Origin: a bacterium HR08
GTDB taxonomy: Bacteria > Acidobacteriota > Blastocatellia > HR10
Direction of reading: 5' to 3'
NCBI GenBank assembly: GCA_002898775.1
Contig: BEHK01000001.1
Coordinates: 1-51,853, forward strand
Length of the DNA stretch: 51,853 nt
Numbering within the stretch: position 1 is the first letter of the stretch; every line of letters begins with the position of its first letter. This document shows, one piece after another, positions 25,736-34,788 of the stretch. The position numbers and the translations under genes were made by a program. The notes beneath the pieces are model-generated. The model made no database searches. It was given only the letters and a program-made list of their open reading frames with translations, and was not told the DNA's origin.

Positions 25736-27067
25736 ATGATGGAGATGAAAACCCCCTTTACGGATGGCGTTTCTGTCACCCCGACGGGGACCCAGGCGGT
25801 CCCTCGGTTTCGGGTGGATGTTCCCGTTCATCAGTTGCTGATGCGGCCTCGAATTCGATCCCCGCTGTCGGTTTCGGGCGAACCTCAAACGCTGCCGGAT
25901 CCTGTCTTTCCTCAGCACCCGGAATTGCTCGGTGACGATCCGCGCGATGAGGAGGCCCATCGAGCCGCGATTGCGGGGAGACGGTCGTGGCCGGCCCCTC
26001 TGGTTCTGCGGGCGATGCGAGGGTGGTTGTTCCCCTACATTAAATCGCGTGTTCTTCCGGGCGATTTCCATCCCATCATTGCTTATCTGTTCACCGAGTG
26101 GAAATGCAATCTGGATTGCCACTACTGCTGGGCGTTCGACAATCGGGTGAAGGGCATGACTGAAGATACGGCCAAACGCGCGATTGACTGGCTTCACAAT
26201 GACACGGTCTGTCGCGTGCTGGCTCTGATGGGAGGAGAACCGCTCCTGCGACCTCACTTCGTGCACAAGGTGATCTATTACGCAGCGAAAAAAGGCTTCT
26301 GGGTGTACTTGCCCACCAACGGGAGACTCCTGCGCCCGGCGGTGATTGATCGGATCGCCGATGCCGGTGTCGCCGTCGTCAATCTTGCTGTGGATGTGGT
26401 TGATGAGAAAGCAGGACTCCCCAAGGCGCTCAATCCCATTCGGTCGTACTTCGAGTATCTGGTCAAAAGGCAGTACCGCTATGGCTACTGCGTGTTTTTC
26501 AACATCAACATCTGCCGGAACAACCTGGAGGACGTCAAGCAACTGACCGAGATTGCGCACGACAACGGCATCGCCACCGACTATCACATCAACGAGACGC
26601 CGATGTTGGAGGAAGGGCACTTTCAGCACTACGAGAATAACGAGACGTTCATCCGGCCGGAGGATTGGCCTCGGGTGGACGAGCTGATTGATTGGCTGTG
26701 CGAGAAGAATCGTCAGGGCTACAAGATGGTCAACTCGATCCAGCGCTTGCAGGAGATGAAGGCGTTCATGCGCGGCACGCTTCAGCAGTGGGATTGCCGG
26801 GCCGGGCAGAACAGCTTCATCATTCGCGTGGATGGAACGCTTGCGCCGTGCTTCCCGATGTATTCGGCCACCTACGACTGGGGGACGGTTGAGAAGCCCA
26901 AATTCGACGTGCGTCAGCTCACCGAGATGAAGCGAAGCTGCCAGCCGCATTGCTTCTCGACGCTCAATCACAATCTGGCCTATTGTTACAAGGCCTCGCG
27001 AGCCATCCGCTGGGTCTTCAAGCAAGCGCTGCGCAAGTTCCAAGGGGTGACCGGCAGCTTCGATTGA
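25736..27067 (+). CDS. Radical SAM enzyme, subfamily unknown
   Basis: It contains LFTEWKCNLDCHYCWAF (CxxxCxxC) and GGEPLLRP, plus a C-terminal Cys-containing auxiliary region (CRAGQNSFIIRVDGTLAPC). A GGAGG SD lies upstream. Confidence 0.8.
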   Translation: MMEMKTPFTDGVSVTPTGTQAVPRFRVDVPVHQLLMRPRIRSPLSVSGEPQTLPDPVFPQHPELLGDDPRDEEAHRAAIAGRRSWPAPLVLRAMRGWLFPYIKSRVLPGDFHPIIAYLFTEWKCNLDCHYCWAFDNRVKGMTEDTAKRAIDWLHNDTVCRVLALMGGEPLLRPHFVHKVIYYAAKKGFWVYLPTNGRLLRPAVIDRIADAGVAVVNLAVDVVDEKAGLPKALNPIRSYFEYLVKRQYRYGYCVFFNINICRNNLEDVKQLTEIAHDNGIATDYHINETPMLEEGHFQHYENNETFIRPEDWPRVDELIDWLCEKNRQGYKMVNSIQRLQEMKAFMRGTLQQWDCRAGQNSFIIRVDGTLAPCFPMYSATYDWGTVEKPKFDVRQLTEMKRSCQPHCFSTLNHNLAYCYKASRAIRWVFKQALRKFQGVTGSFD

Positions 27068-27137
27068 AAGGCAGACGCAAGACTCAAGGAAGGGAAAAAG
27101 GTCTTGGGCCTTGAAGGGGCCGCCTTGGGAGAGGGGA

Positions 27138-28487
27138 ATGAAGAGACGACGCCCTCTCGTGATCATGGGCCTCGCCGGATTGGTGCTCTTACCCTTGGTG
27201 GGGGCGGTGAAGTTTCTCCACCATACGGAAGGCGACCTGAACGCGGTGCTTCATGATCCGCGATACAAGAATGATCGAGTGGAGAAGCTCATCGTGATGC
27301 TTGATGGTGTGCCCTACGAGACGATTGAGCGTCTGCGGCGGGGCGGGGGCTTCCGAATCTTCAAGCGCCCCAGCCGCGTCATCGCTCCTTTCCCTTCGAT
27401 GACCAATGTCTCGGCTGCCCAGATATGGCAGGCGGAGCTGCCTGATGGCTATGAGAGCCTCTACTTTGACCGGGCCAACAACGCGCTCATCGGGGGCGCC
27501 AATACCTATCTGCGAAAGCGGGCGTGCCAAGCCGGCGATTACCACCGAATGCTCGATTATGTGGAACCCAGGGCTTTTGAGTTCGCCATCTATGGCTTCC
27601 CGTCTCGAGTGAACCGTGCCGATTTGCGCCGCTTCTTCCTCGCTTATGCCAGGTCGGAGAAGCCCATCTTTCGCGCCTTTCTCAAGTCGACCGATGGTCT
27701 GACGCATATCCGTGGGGAGAGCGAACTGGAAAGAGCGCTTGTCGAGCTCGATGCCCTCCTGAGCCACATGTATCAGGACCGAGGCGGTCGCCTGGAGATC
27801 ATCGTCTTTTCCGATCACGGAAACCAGTTCACTCGCTGTCGAAGAGTGGATTTAGTGGATCACTTGCGGCGTCGCGGCTTCGAGGTTCGAGATCGTCTCG
27901 AAGGCGAAAAGGCGGTGGTCATCCCCGACTTCGGCCTGGTGGGATATGCAGCCCTGTACACGATGCCGGCAAGCCGACGGCGCGTAGCCGAGGTCGTTGC
28001 CGAAATGGACGTAGCCATTGTGGCTTACGCACATGGGCCGGATGTCTTTGTCCTTGGCGGTGGTGGCGTGGCCAGGATCTCATACGACCAGCAGAGGAAC
28101 AGCTACCGATATGAGGCCGTGCGAGGGGATCCGCTCGATTTGGCGAAGCGCATAGACCAGATCAAACGTGAGGGGAAGATGGCGGATGATGGGCATGTCG
28201 CCGATCAGGTCTGGTTCGAGGCGCTCGCGTCCCATCGATATCCGGACGCCCTCTTCCGACTTCATCAGGGAATCAACGGGCTGGTCAAAAATCGAGCCGA
28301 TGTCCTCGTCAGCTTCAAGGACGGCTTCGTTCAGGGCAGCCGGCTTTTTCAAGCGTACGACCGGTTGGTTCCGGTCAGGGCGATTCATGGTGGGCTGGCG
28401 GCAGCCCAGAGTGAAGGCTTCTTTATGTCCACCGCCAAGGAGGCGCCGCCCTATCTCCGAGCTCGACAGGTGAGAAACTACTTTTGA
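27138..28487 (+). CDS. Alkaline-phosphatase-superfamily (phosphodiesterase/phosphotransferase-like) membrane-anchored protein
   Basis: It has an N-terminal TM segment and contains LIVMLDGVPYETIERL, FPSMTNVSAAQIW and VFSDHGN. Confidence 0.5.
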   Translation: MKRRRPLVIMGLAGLVLLPLVGAVKFLHHTEGDLNAVLHDPRYKNDRVEKLIVMLDGVPYETIERLRRGGGFRIFKRPSRVIAPFPSMTNVSAAQIWQAELPDGYESLYFDRANNALIGGANTYLRKRACQAGDYHRMLDYVEPRAFEFAIYGFPSRVNRADLRRFFLAYARSEKPIFRAFLKSTDGLTHIRGESELERALVELDALLSHMYQDRGGRLEIIVFSDHGNQFTRCRRVDLVDHLRRRGFEVRDRLEGEKAVVIPDFGLVGYAALYTMPASRRRVAEVVAEMDVAIVAYAHGPDVFVLGGGGVARISYDQQRNSYRYEAVRGDPLDLAKRIDQIKREGKMADDGHVADQVWFEALASHRYPDALFRLHQGINGLVKNRADVLVSFKDGFVQGSRLFQAYDRLVPVRAIHGGLAAAQSEGFFMSTAKEAPPYLRARQVRNYF

Positions 28488-28784
28488 GGTTACGGTTGGA
28501 AAATTCGACCTTTCGGACGCGTTCGGAGCTGGGGGCTTGTCCCCATACCGGCGCGAGAGCAGGAGGGCCTGGGACGAAGAAGGTTCGAACTGACGGCGGG
28601 CGAAGGTGGTGTGGTAGCTTGGGAGCAAAGAGGATGACCCGTTGATATCACGAGGGGAAAGTTCGAGAGCGATGAGAGAACACACCTGCGAGAAGGTCTC
28701 ATTGGCGACAAATCTGGTTACAGCGGGGATTTTAATCGGGGGATGATTTGAGGAACCTTCAGGAAAAGCCTCGATGAACGCTGC

Positions 28785-28806
28785 GGGGGTCCCACGTGGG
28801 GTGCCC
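28785..28806. repeat. Short form of the palindromic repeat (outer arms only)
   Basis: The sequence gggggtCCCACGTGGGgtgccc matches the two ends of the 38-bp family but lacks the GCGATCT core. Confidence 0.5.
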
Positions 28807-29030
28807 ATGTATCTCCTGGCGATGGATGCAGTGGAGCACGCTCGCTCCGAGCCTGCCTTTGAGGGGGTGCGCCGATGGCTTATGTTCTATGGGATCGCTT
28901 CCTGCGCCATACTCCGCGCAATCCGAGATGGTTCAACCGCGACCGCTTTATTCTGTCTGCCGGACATGGCTCAGCTTTGCTCTATGCTCCGCCGCATTTT
29001 TAAGGTTATGATCTGCCACTTGAAGGAAGG
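28807..29030 (+). pseudogene. Transketolase N-terminal remnant (frameshifted, in-frame TAA, truncated by gnd)
   Basis: It reads [10 protein letters not shown] in one frame and [53 protein letters not shown] in another. Confidence 0.7.
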
Positions 29031-29040
29031 AGGAGCGGGT

Positions 29041-30024
29041 ATGCAAGTAGGCATGGTTGGTTTAGGAAGGATGGGAGCGAACATGGTACGGCGGCTGATG
29101 CGCGCCGGCCATGAGTGCGTCGTTTTCGACCGGAATCCGGATCGGGTAGCGTCACTGGTGACCGAAGGGGCGATGGGCGCGGCCTCGCTGGAGGATTTCG
29201 TGCAGCGCCTGCGCCCGCCCCGAGTGGTGTGGCTCATGGTTCCCGCCGGGCTGCCCACCGAGCAGACGATCGCGGCGCTGGCCGAGCGGATGGAGCCCGG
29301 CGACATCATCGTTGACGGCGGCAATTCATACTTCAAAGACGATGTGCGGCGTGCGAAGATGCTGAAGCCGAAGGGCATTCATCATGTGGATGTGGGCACA
29401 AGCGGCGGCATCTGGGGGCTTGAGCAGGGATACTGCCTGATGATCGGCGGAGAGAAGGAGATCTTCGACGTCCTGGAGCCGATCTTTCGCGCCCTCGCGC
29501 CGGGACGCGGCACGATCCCGCGCACGCCCGGACGTGACCTCCGCCCAAGCACGGCGGAGGAGGGGTACCTGTATTGTGGTCCGTCGGGAGCCGGACATTT
29601 CGTCAAGATGATTCATAACGGCATCGAATACGGAGTGATGCAGGCGTATGCCGAGGGCTTCGATATTTTACGCGCGGCGCGGTCGCACGATCTGCCGGAG
29701 GAGGCGCGCTACGAGTTCGATCTCGCGGACATCGCCGAGCTGTGGCGACGGGGCAGCGTCATCCGCTCCTGGCTGCTGGACCTGATCGCGCAGGGCCTGG
29801 TGGAAGACCCGGAGCTGTCGCACTACACGGGCATCGTTCAGGATTCGGGGGAAGGGCGCTGGACGATCATGACGGCGATTGAGGAGGCTGTGCCGGCGGA
29901 GGTGCTCTCGGCTGCGCTCTATGCGCGATTCCGTTCTCGGCAGGAGCACACCTTCGCCGAGAAACTGCTCTCGGCTATGCGTTATCTTTTCGGGGGCCAC
30001 GTCGAGAGGCCCACGGGGGAATGA
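29041..30024 (+). CDS. gnd: 6-phosphogluconate dehydrogenase (decarboxylating), short form
   Basis: It contains [26 protein letters not shown] and [19 protein letters not shown]. Confidence 0.9.
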   Translation: MQVGMVGLGRMGANMVRRLMRAGHECVVFDRNPDRVASLVTEGAMGAASLEDFVQRLRPPRVVWLMVPAGLPTEQTIAALAERMEPGDIIVDGGNSYFKDDVRRAKMLKPKGIHHVDVGTSGGIWGLEQGYCLMIGGEKEIFDVLEPIFRALAPGRGTIPRTPGRDLRPSTAEEGYLYCGPSGAGHFVKMIHNGIEYGVMQAYAEGFDILRAARSHDLPEEARYEFDLADIAELWRRGSVIRSWLLDLIAQGLVEDPELSHYTGIVQDSGEGRWTIMTAIEEAVPAEVLSAALYARFRSRQEHTFAEKLLSAMRYLFGGHVERPTGE

Positions 30025-30028
30025 GGCG

Positions 30029-31561
30029 ATGAACGAATCACCGCTGGTCAATCCTTTGCGCGAGGGATTGTCTTTGGACCGTGCTCCCGAGCCGTGCATC
30101 CTGGTCATCTTCGGAGCGTCGGGGGATTTGACCCGGCGCAAACTCGTGCCGGCTCTCTACGCGCTAGCCCGCCGACGTCTGCTGCCGGTGGGATTCGCGG
30201 TTGTCGGTCTGGCCCGAAGCCCGATGACCGACGATGAGTTTCGCGCGCGTATGCGCGAGAGTGTGGAGGCGTTCTCCGGCGGAGGATCGCTGGAGGCGGC
30301 GATCTGGGACGATTTCGCTCGAAGCCTTTTTTATTTATCGGCAGACTTTCGCGCACCCGAAGGGTACCGATCATTGGGTGCCATGGTCTCCCGAATCGAT
30401 CGCGAGCGAGCCACCGCAGGCAACCGGATTTTCTATCTGGCCTTGCCTCCCAGCCTCTACGTTGACGTCATCCGGGGCCTCGATGCGGCGGGACTGGCGC
30501 GACCTTCCAACCCGACGAGCTGGAGGCGAATCGTCATCGAAAAGCCCTTTGGCCGAGACCTCGCCTCAGCCCGCGCCTTGAACGAGACTGTCAGCCGTGT
30601 CTTCCGCGAGGATCAGGTCTACCGCATTGACCACTACTTGGGGAAGGAGACGGTTCAGAACATCCTCGTCTTTCGGTTTGCCAACAGCATCTTTGAACCG
30701 CTGTGGAATCGGCGCTACATTGATCACGTCCAGATCACGATGGCCGAAACCGTCGGCGTCGAAGAGCGGGCGGCCTATTACGAGGAAGCCGGAGCGGTGC
30801 GCGATATGGTTCAGAACCACATGCTCCAGCTTTTGGCCTTGACGGCCATGGAACCGCCCGTCGCCTTCGAAGCCGACGCCGTGCGGGATGAGAAAGTGAA
30901 GGTCCTGCGGGCCATTCGCCCGATCACTCCCGATGGCGCGGTTCGAGGACAATATGGCGACGGATGGATAGCCGGTCAAGAAGTCCGCGCTTATCGTCAC
31001 GAGGCCGGTGTGAAACCGGATTCGCCCAGAGAGACGTATGCTGCGCTGAAGCTCTTTATCGAGAACTGGCGCTGGGCGGGTGTCCCTTTTTATCTCCGAA
31101 CGGGCAAGCGGCTGCCCAAGCGCCTCACAGAGATCGCCATCCAATTCAAGCAGCCTCCGCTTCTTCTCTTCGGTCGGAGTCCAGCCGACCAGGTGGAGCC
31201 GAACGTGCTTGTCTTACGCATCCAGCCGGATGAAGGGATTTCGTTGAAATTCGAGGCGAAGCTCCCCGGTCATGCGATTCGCATTCGGTCGGTCCTGATG
31301 GATTTTCGCTACGCGACCTCCTTCGGGGCAGACCCGATGAGCGCCTATGAGCGCCTGCTGCTCGATTGCCTGCTCGGAGATGCGACGCTTTTTGCCCGCC
31401 GCGATGGCGTGGAAGCGGCCTGGTCTGTTGTGACGCCCCTGCTCCAGATGTGGGAAGCGACTCCGCCCCAAGGATTCCCCAACTACGCGGCCGGAAGCTG
31501 GGGACCGAAAGAAGCGGACGCCTTGATCGAAAGCGATGGTCGTCGGTGGAGGCGGCTTTAG
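30029..31561 (+). CDS. zwf: Glucose-6-phosphate dehydrogenase
   Basis: It contains [23 protein letters not shown] and [10 protein letters not shown]. Confidence 0.95.
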   Translation: MNESPLVNPLREGLSLDRAPEPCILVIFGASGDLTRRKLVPALYALARRRLLPVGFAVVGLARSPMTDDEFRARMRESVEAFSGGGSLEAAIWDDFARSLFYLSADFRAPEGYRSLGAMVSRIDRERATAGNRIFYLALPPSLYVDVIRGLDAAGLARPSNPTSWRRIVIEKPFGRDLASARALNETVSRVFREDQVYRIDHYLGKETVQNILVFRFANSIFEPLWNRRYIDHVQITMAETVGVEERAAYYEEAGAVRDMVQNHMLQLLALTAMEPPVAFEADAVRDEKVKVLRAIRPITPDGAVRGQYGDGWIAGQEVRAYRHEAGVKPDSPRETYAALKLFIENWRWAGVPFYLRTGKRLPKRLTEIAIQFKQPPLLLFGRSPADQVEPNVLVLRIQPDEGISLKFEAKLPGHAIRIRSVLMDFRYATSFGADPMSAYERLLLDCLLGDATLFARRDGVEAAWSVVTPLLQMWEATPPQGFPNYAAGSWGPKEADALIESDGRRWRRL

Positions 31562-31614
31562 TGTGGCATCGAGCCGATGGCCAACCAAGGCCATTCGATC
31601 CGGACAAGCCTACA

Positions 31615-32787
31615 ATGAAGCGGAGGAACGACATTGAGAACGTCCTCAGGGGAATACCGAAAGCCGTCCCGGTGCAGGCCATTGAGCAGGAACTCGAACG
31701 ATTGTGGAAGACGGCGGCGCAGCCCGCCGAAGGGGAGTCGCCGCTCCCCGTCCTGAGAGCATGCGCGTTGAACTTGGTCGTCTACGTCGCTGCCCCGGAA
31801 CGGGTGTCAGAGATTGAGGCTGTGATTCCTCAGCTCATCCCGGAGCATCCGCTGCGGGCCATCGTCATTTCGGCGGACGAGAGTGCGGGGGAATCTCGCC
31901 TGGACGCCTGGATCTCTGCACATTGTCTGCAGCCGGTACCGGAGGGGAAACAGATCTGCTGCGAGCAGATTCGGCTTGGCGCCCGAGGCGAAGCGATCAG
32001 CGGGCTGCCCCGCCTCGTCGTGCCGATTCTTGTTCCGGATGTGCCCGTTTTTCTCTGGTGGTGCGGCGCTCCGCCGTTTGGGAGCGAGCGGCTCGATGAT
32101 TTCATCGCCATCGCCGATCGCGTCATCATTGACTCGGCCGATTTCGAGAATCCGCGGGAGGATTTCTCCAGGCTCGCCCGCCTGATGGCGAGTCGTGAGG
32201 CGAGCACCGCTTTCAGCGATGTGGCCTGGACCCGCTTGACCTTCTGGCGTCATGCGGTGGCTCGGCTCTTCGACAGCCCGTTGACCCAACCATTCCTTTA
32301 TCGCCTCGAGCGTGTCGTCATCGGATACGCCGAGGAGCGCGATATATATGCGTTCTCATCCCAGGCGCTGTTGATGGCCGGCTGGCTGGCGAGTCGCCTG
32401 GCGTGGCAGCCGCTCAGCGGCTTGACGTTCTCGGCGACGCGTCAGGACGGAGCCCGGTCTGAGCTGCGCCTGCAGTCGCCGTGCGGGGCGCTCACGATCG
32501 AATTTCGAGCCGTGAGTCTGCCTTCTGTTCCAAGTGGGGAACTCGCCTTCCTGGAACTGGACGCCGAAGGAACGCCGGCCATGCGCTTCGTTTTGGCTGA
32601 AACGGGAGAGCCCACTTGGGTCGAGAGCCGAATCGAGCGGGCCGGGATGAATCCGATCGTCCACAGGATCGGCCGTCCGGAGACGAGCTTGGCTCAGGAC
32701 ATCGGCAGCGCGCTCGAGCTCTTCGGTCACGATCGCGTGTACGAACAGGCCGTGAGGACGGCCACCGCGTTTCTCGATGAAAAATGA
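31615..32787 (+). CDS. opcA: OpcA, glucose-6-phosphate dehydrogenase assembly protein
   Basis: It contains VQAIEQELERLW, ACALNLVVY and LWWCGAPPF. An alternative start is a GTG at 31561 that overlaps the zwf stop. Confidence 0.8.
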   Translation: MKRRNDIENVLRGIPKAVPVQAIEQELERLWKTAAQPAEGESPLPVLRACALNLVVYVAAPERVSEIEAVIPQLIPEHPLRAIVISADESAGESRLDAWISAHCLQPVPEGKQICCEQIRLGARGEAISGLPRLVVPILVPDVPVFLWWCGAPPFGSERLDDFIAIADRVIIDSADFENPREDFSRLARLMASREASTAFSDVAWTRLTFWRHAVARLFDSPLTQPFLYRLERVVIGYAEERDIYAFSSQALLMAGWLASRLAWQPLSGLTFSATRQDGARSELRLQSPCGALTIEFRAVSLPSVPSGELAFLELDAEGTPAMRFVLAETGEPTWVESRIERAGMNPIVHRIGRPETSLAQDIGSALELFGHDRVYEQAVRTATAFLDEK

Positions 32788-33577
32788 GACCATGAAAAGA
32801 GACCTCCGGCGCGGGGAGCTGATCATCTGCCAGGACGCCGAAGAGCTCGCCCTTCGGGCGGCGATGCATTTCGTCGAGTTGGCCGAGCAGTTCATCACCA
32901 GAAATGGGCGCTTTTGCGTCGCTCTCTCCGGGGGCTCAACCCCGCGGGGACTATATGCTCGCCTGGCGAGGCCTCCTTTTCGAGAGAGGGTGATCTGGTC
33001 GAGGGTTCACCTGTTCTGGGGGGATGAGCGATGCGTGCCACCGGATCACCCCGAGAGCAACTACGGTATGGTCCAACGAGAATTGTTGACGAAGGTGCCC
33101 ATCCCCCCGGCCAATGTTCACCGCATGCCGGTGGAAAAAGATCCCGAAGAGGCCGCCATCGAGTATGCGCACATCCTCAGGGCGTTCTTCGGGCTTGCAG
33201 CTCAAGAACTGCCCGCGCTCGATCTCGTTCTGCTCGGCCTGGGAGAAGACGGACACACGGCCTCTCTTTTCCCGGGGACGGGTGTGCTCCATGAGCAGAC
33301 GGAGATGGTCCGAGCCGTCTTTGTGGAAAAGCTCGGTGCGTCACGCCTGACGCTCACCGCGGCCGTTTTCAATCACGCGGCCAACGTGACTTTCCTGGTC
33401 TCCGGAGAGAGGAAAGCCGCCATCCTGAGGGAAGTTCTCCTGGGCGAAGAGCAGCCGGACAGGCTCCCGGCGCAGTTAATCGCGCCAACTTGGGGCAAGC
33501 TCCTTTGGATCGTGGATGGCGACGCCGCGCGCGAAATCGTCCGGCAGATGTCGAGTGTGTCGCAAGACTCACCGTAG
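32777..33577 (+). CDS. pgl: 6-phosphogluconolactonase
   Basis: It contains VALSGGSTPRGLY, LFWGDERCVPPDHPESNY and LGLGEDGHTASLFPG. Confidence 0.9.
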   Translation: MKNETMKRDLRRGELIICQDAEELALRAAMHFVELAEQFITRNGRFCVALSGGSTPRGLYARLARPPFRERVIWSRVHLFWGDERCVPPDHPESNYGMVQRELLTKVPIPPANVHRMPVEKDPEEAAIEYAHILRAFFGLAAQELPALDLVLLGLGEDGHTASLFPGTGVLHEQTEMVRAVFVEKLGASRLTLTAAVFNHAANVTFLVSGERKAAILREVLLGEEQPDRLPAQLIAPTWGKLLWIVDGDAAREIVRQMSSVSQDSP

Positions 33578-33832
33578 AGATCACCGGGAGCGCGGTCGTA
33601 ATCCCATTTGTTCCCACCGCTCCCTGCCCATTCACGATAGGGCCGAGAATTCCTCGGAGGCCGATCGGAAAGCCGAAGGTCTGCGAGGTCGGCATTCATC
33701 GTCAGATAAAAGGGGCCCGCTGTTGCCAGGGTTCTCTCCGGCGACCGGCTTGAGTCCAAGGGCTTGCGGCTCAGCCGCTCGCAGCAGAGACTGTGAAGTT
33801 TTTTACAGATTTCGCTTTCGGGGGGAGTCAAA

Positions 33833-34699
33833 ATGTCGCCGAACATGAAGCCGACGGAATCAAAGGCGGTCGTTCTCGTGCTCTGTGGCGGGGGGAGCAA
33901 GGGCGCGGTGGAAGTGGGGTGCTACCGCGCCCTGCTCGAACTCGGCGTATCCGTTGATGCCATCGTTGGGACTTCGATTGGAGCCGTCAACGGAGCCTTT
34001 ATCGCTGCGGGGATACCGGTGGCCGAGATTATCGCTCTGTGGCAGCGGGTGAAGTTTTCGGATCTGTTCGCGTTCAACTGGGCCGCTTTATGGAATCCGC
34101 GAACGGCCGCGAGCCTCTATGATAACCGCAAGCTGCGGCGATTCTTGGAGCGGCATCTTCCGGCTCGCTTCGAGGAGCTCCTGTTGCCGTTGACAATCAT
34201 CGGCACGGACCTGAGAACCGGGGAGATGGTTCTGATGGAGAAGGGAAATCTCATTGATGCGATTGTGGCCAGCACGGCCGTTCCGGGGATATTGCCGCCG
34301 GTGACCGTCGAAGGGCGTGAGATCGTGGATGGTGGCCTGGCGAACAACCTGCCGCTGGATGTGGCGGCGCAAAAGGGCGCCCGGGTGGTTCTGGCCATGC
34401 GTTGCGGCTGTCGCCGCCCGCTCGCGCAGACACCTCGCGGTATCCTGGGCATTCTCTCGCGCTCGTTCGACATCAGTCTCAACGGCCGATGGGACTGCCA
34501 GATCGAGCCCTATCGGGATCGAACCCGCTTCATCGTGCTCGAACCGTGCCTCGACGAAAACATTGGGCTGCTCGATTTCAGCCACAGCGCCGAGCTCATC
34601 GAAATAGGCTACCGGTTCGCCCTCAGCGAGTTGCGGGGGCAAGCGACTGAATGGTTCGACCCCATCTCGATGGGGGGTGCTGAGAGTGTGATATGGTGA
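33833..34699 (+). CDS. Patatin-like phospholipase
   Basis: It contains CGGGSKGAVEVG, GTSIGAVNG and the catalytic-Asp region VDGGLANNLP. Confidence 0.85.
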   Translation: MSPNMKPTESKAVVLVLCGGGSKGAVEVGCYRALLELGVSVDAIVGTSIGAVNGAFIAAGIPVAEIIALWQRVKFSDLFAFNWAALWNPRTAASLYDNRKLRRFLERHLPARFEELLLPLTIIGTDLRTGEMVLMEKGNLIDAIVASTAVPGILPPVTVEGREIVDGGLANNLPLDVAAQKGARVVLAMRCGCRRPLAQTPRGILGILSRSFDISLNGRWDCQIEPYRDRTRFIVLEPCLDENIGLLDFSHSAELIEIGYRFALSELRGQATEWFDPISMGGAESVIW

Positions 34700-34788
34700 C
34701 GAGGAATGTTTTCATAGCGAGGAATCACGCGCTGGTGAAAAAGGCGTTGAAGATTCGATGCCACCCGGATCTCGAGCACCGGTTCGTT

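Noticed and set aside
28490-28784. A roughly 300-bp non-coding stretch containing GGTTCGAAC, which resembles a tRNA T-loop.
   Set aside because: I could not fold flanking T-stem, acceptor or anticodon arms on either strand. I left it unannotated. It may be decayed sequence upstream of the tkt remnant.
33578-33832. Minus-strand ORFs downstream of pgl. One has a vaguely receptor-like string, FGFPIGLRG.
   Set aside because: They are too short and too weakly similar to call. This may be another fragment.
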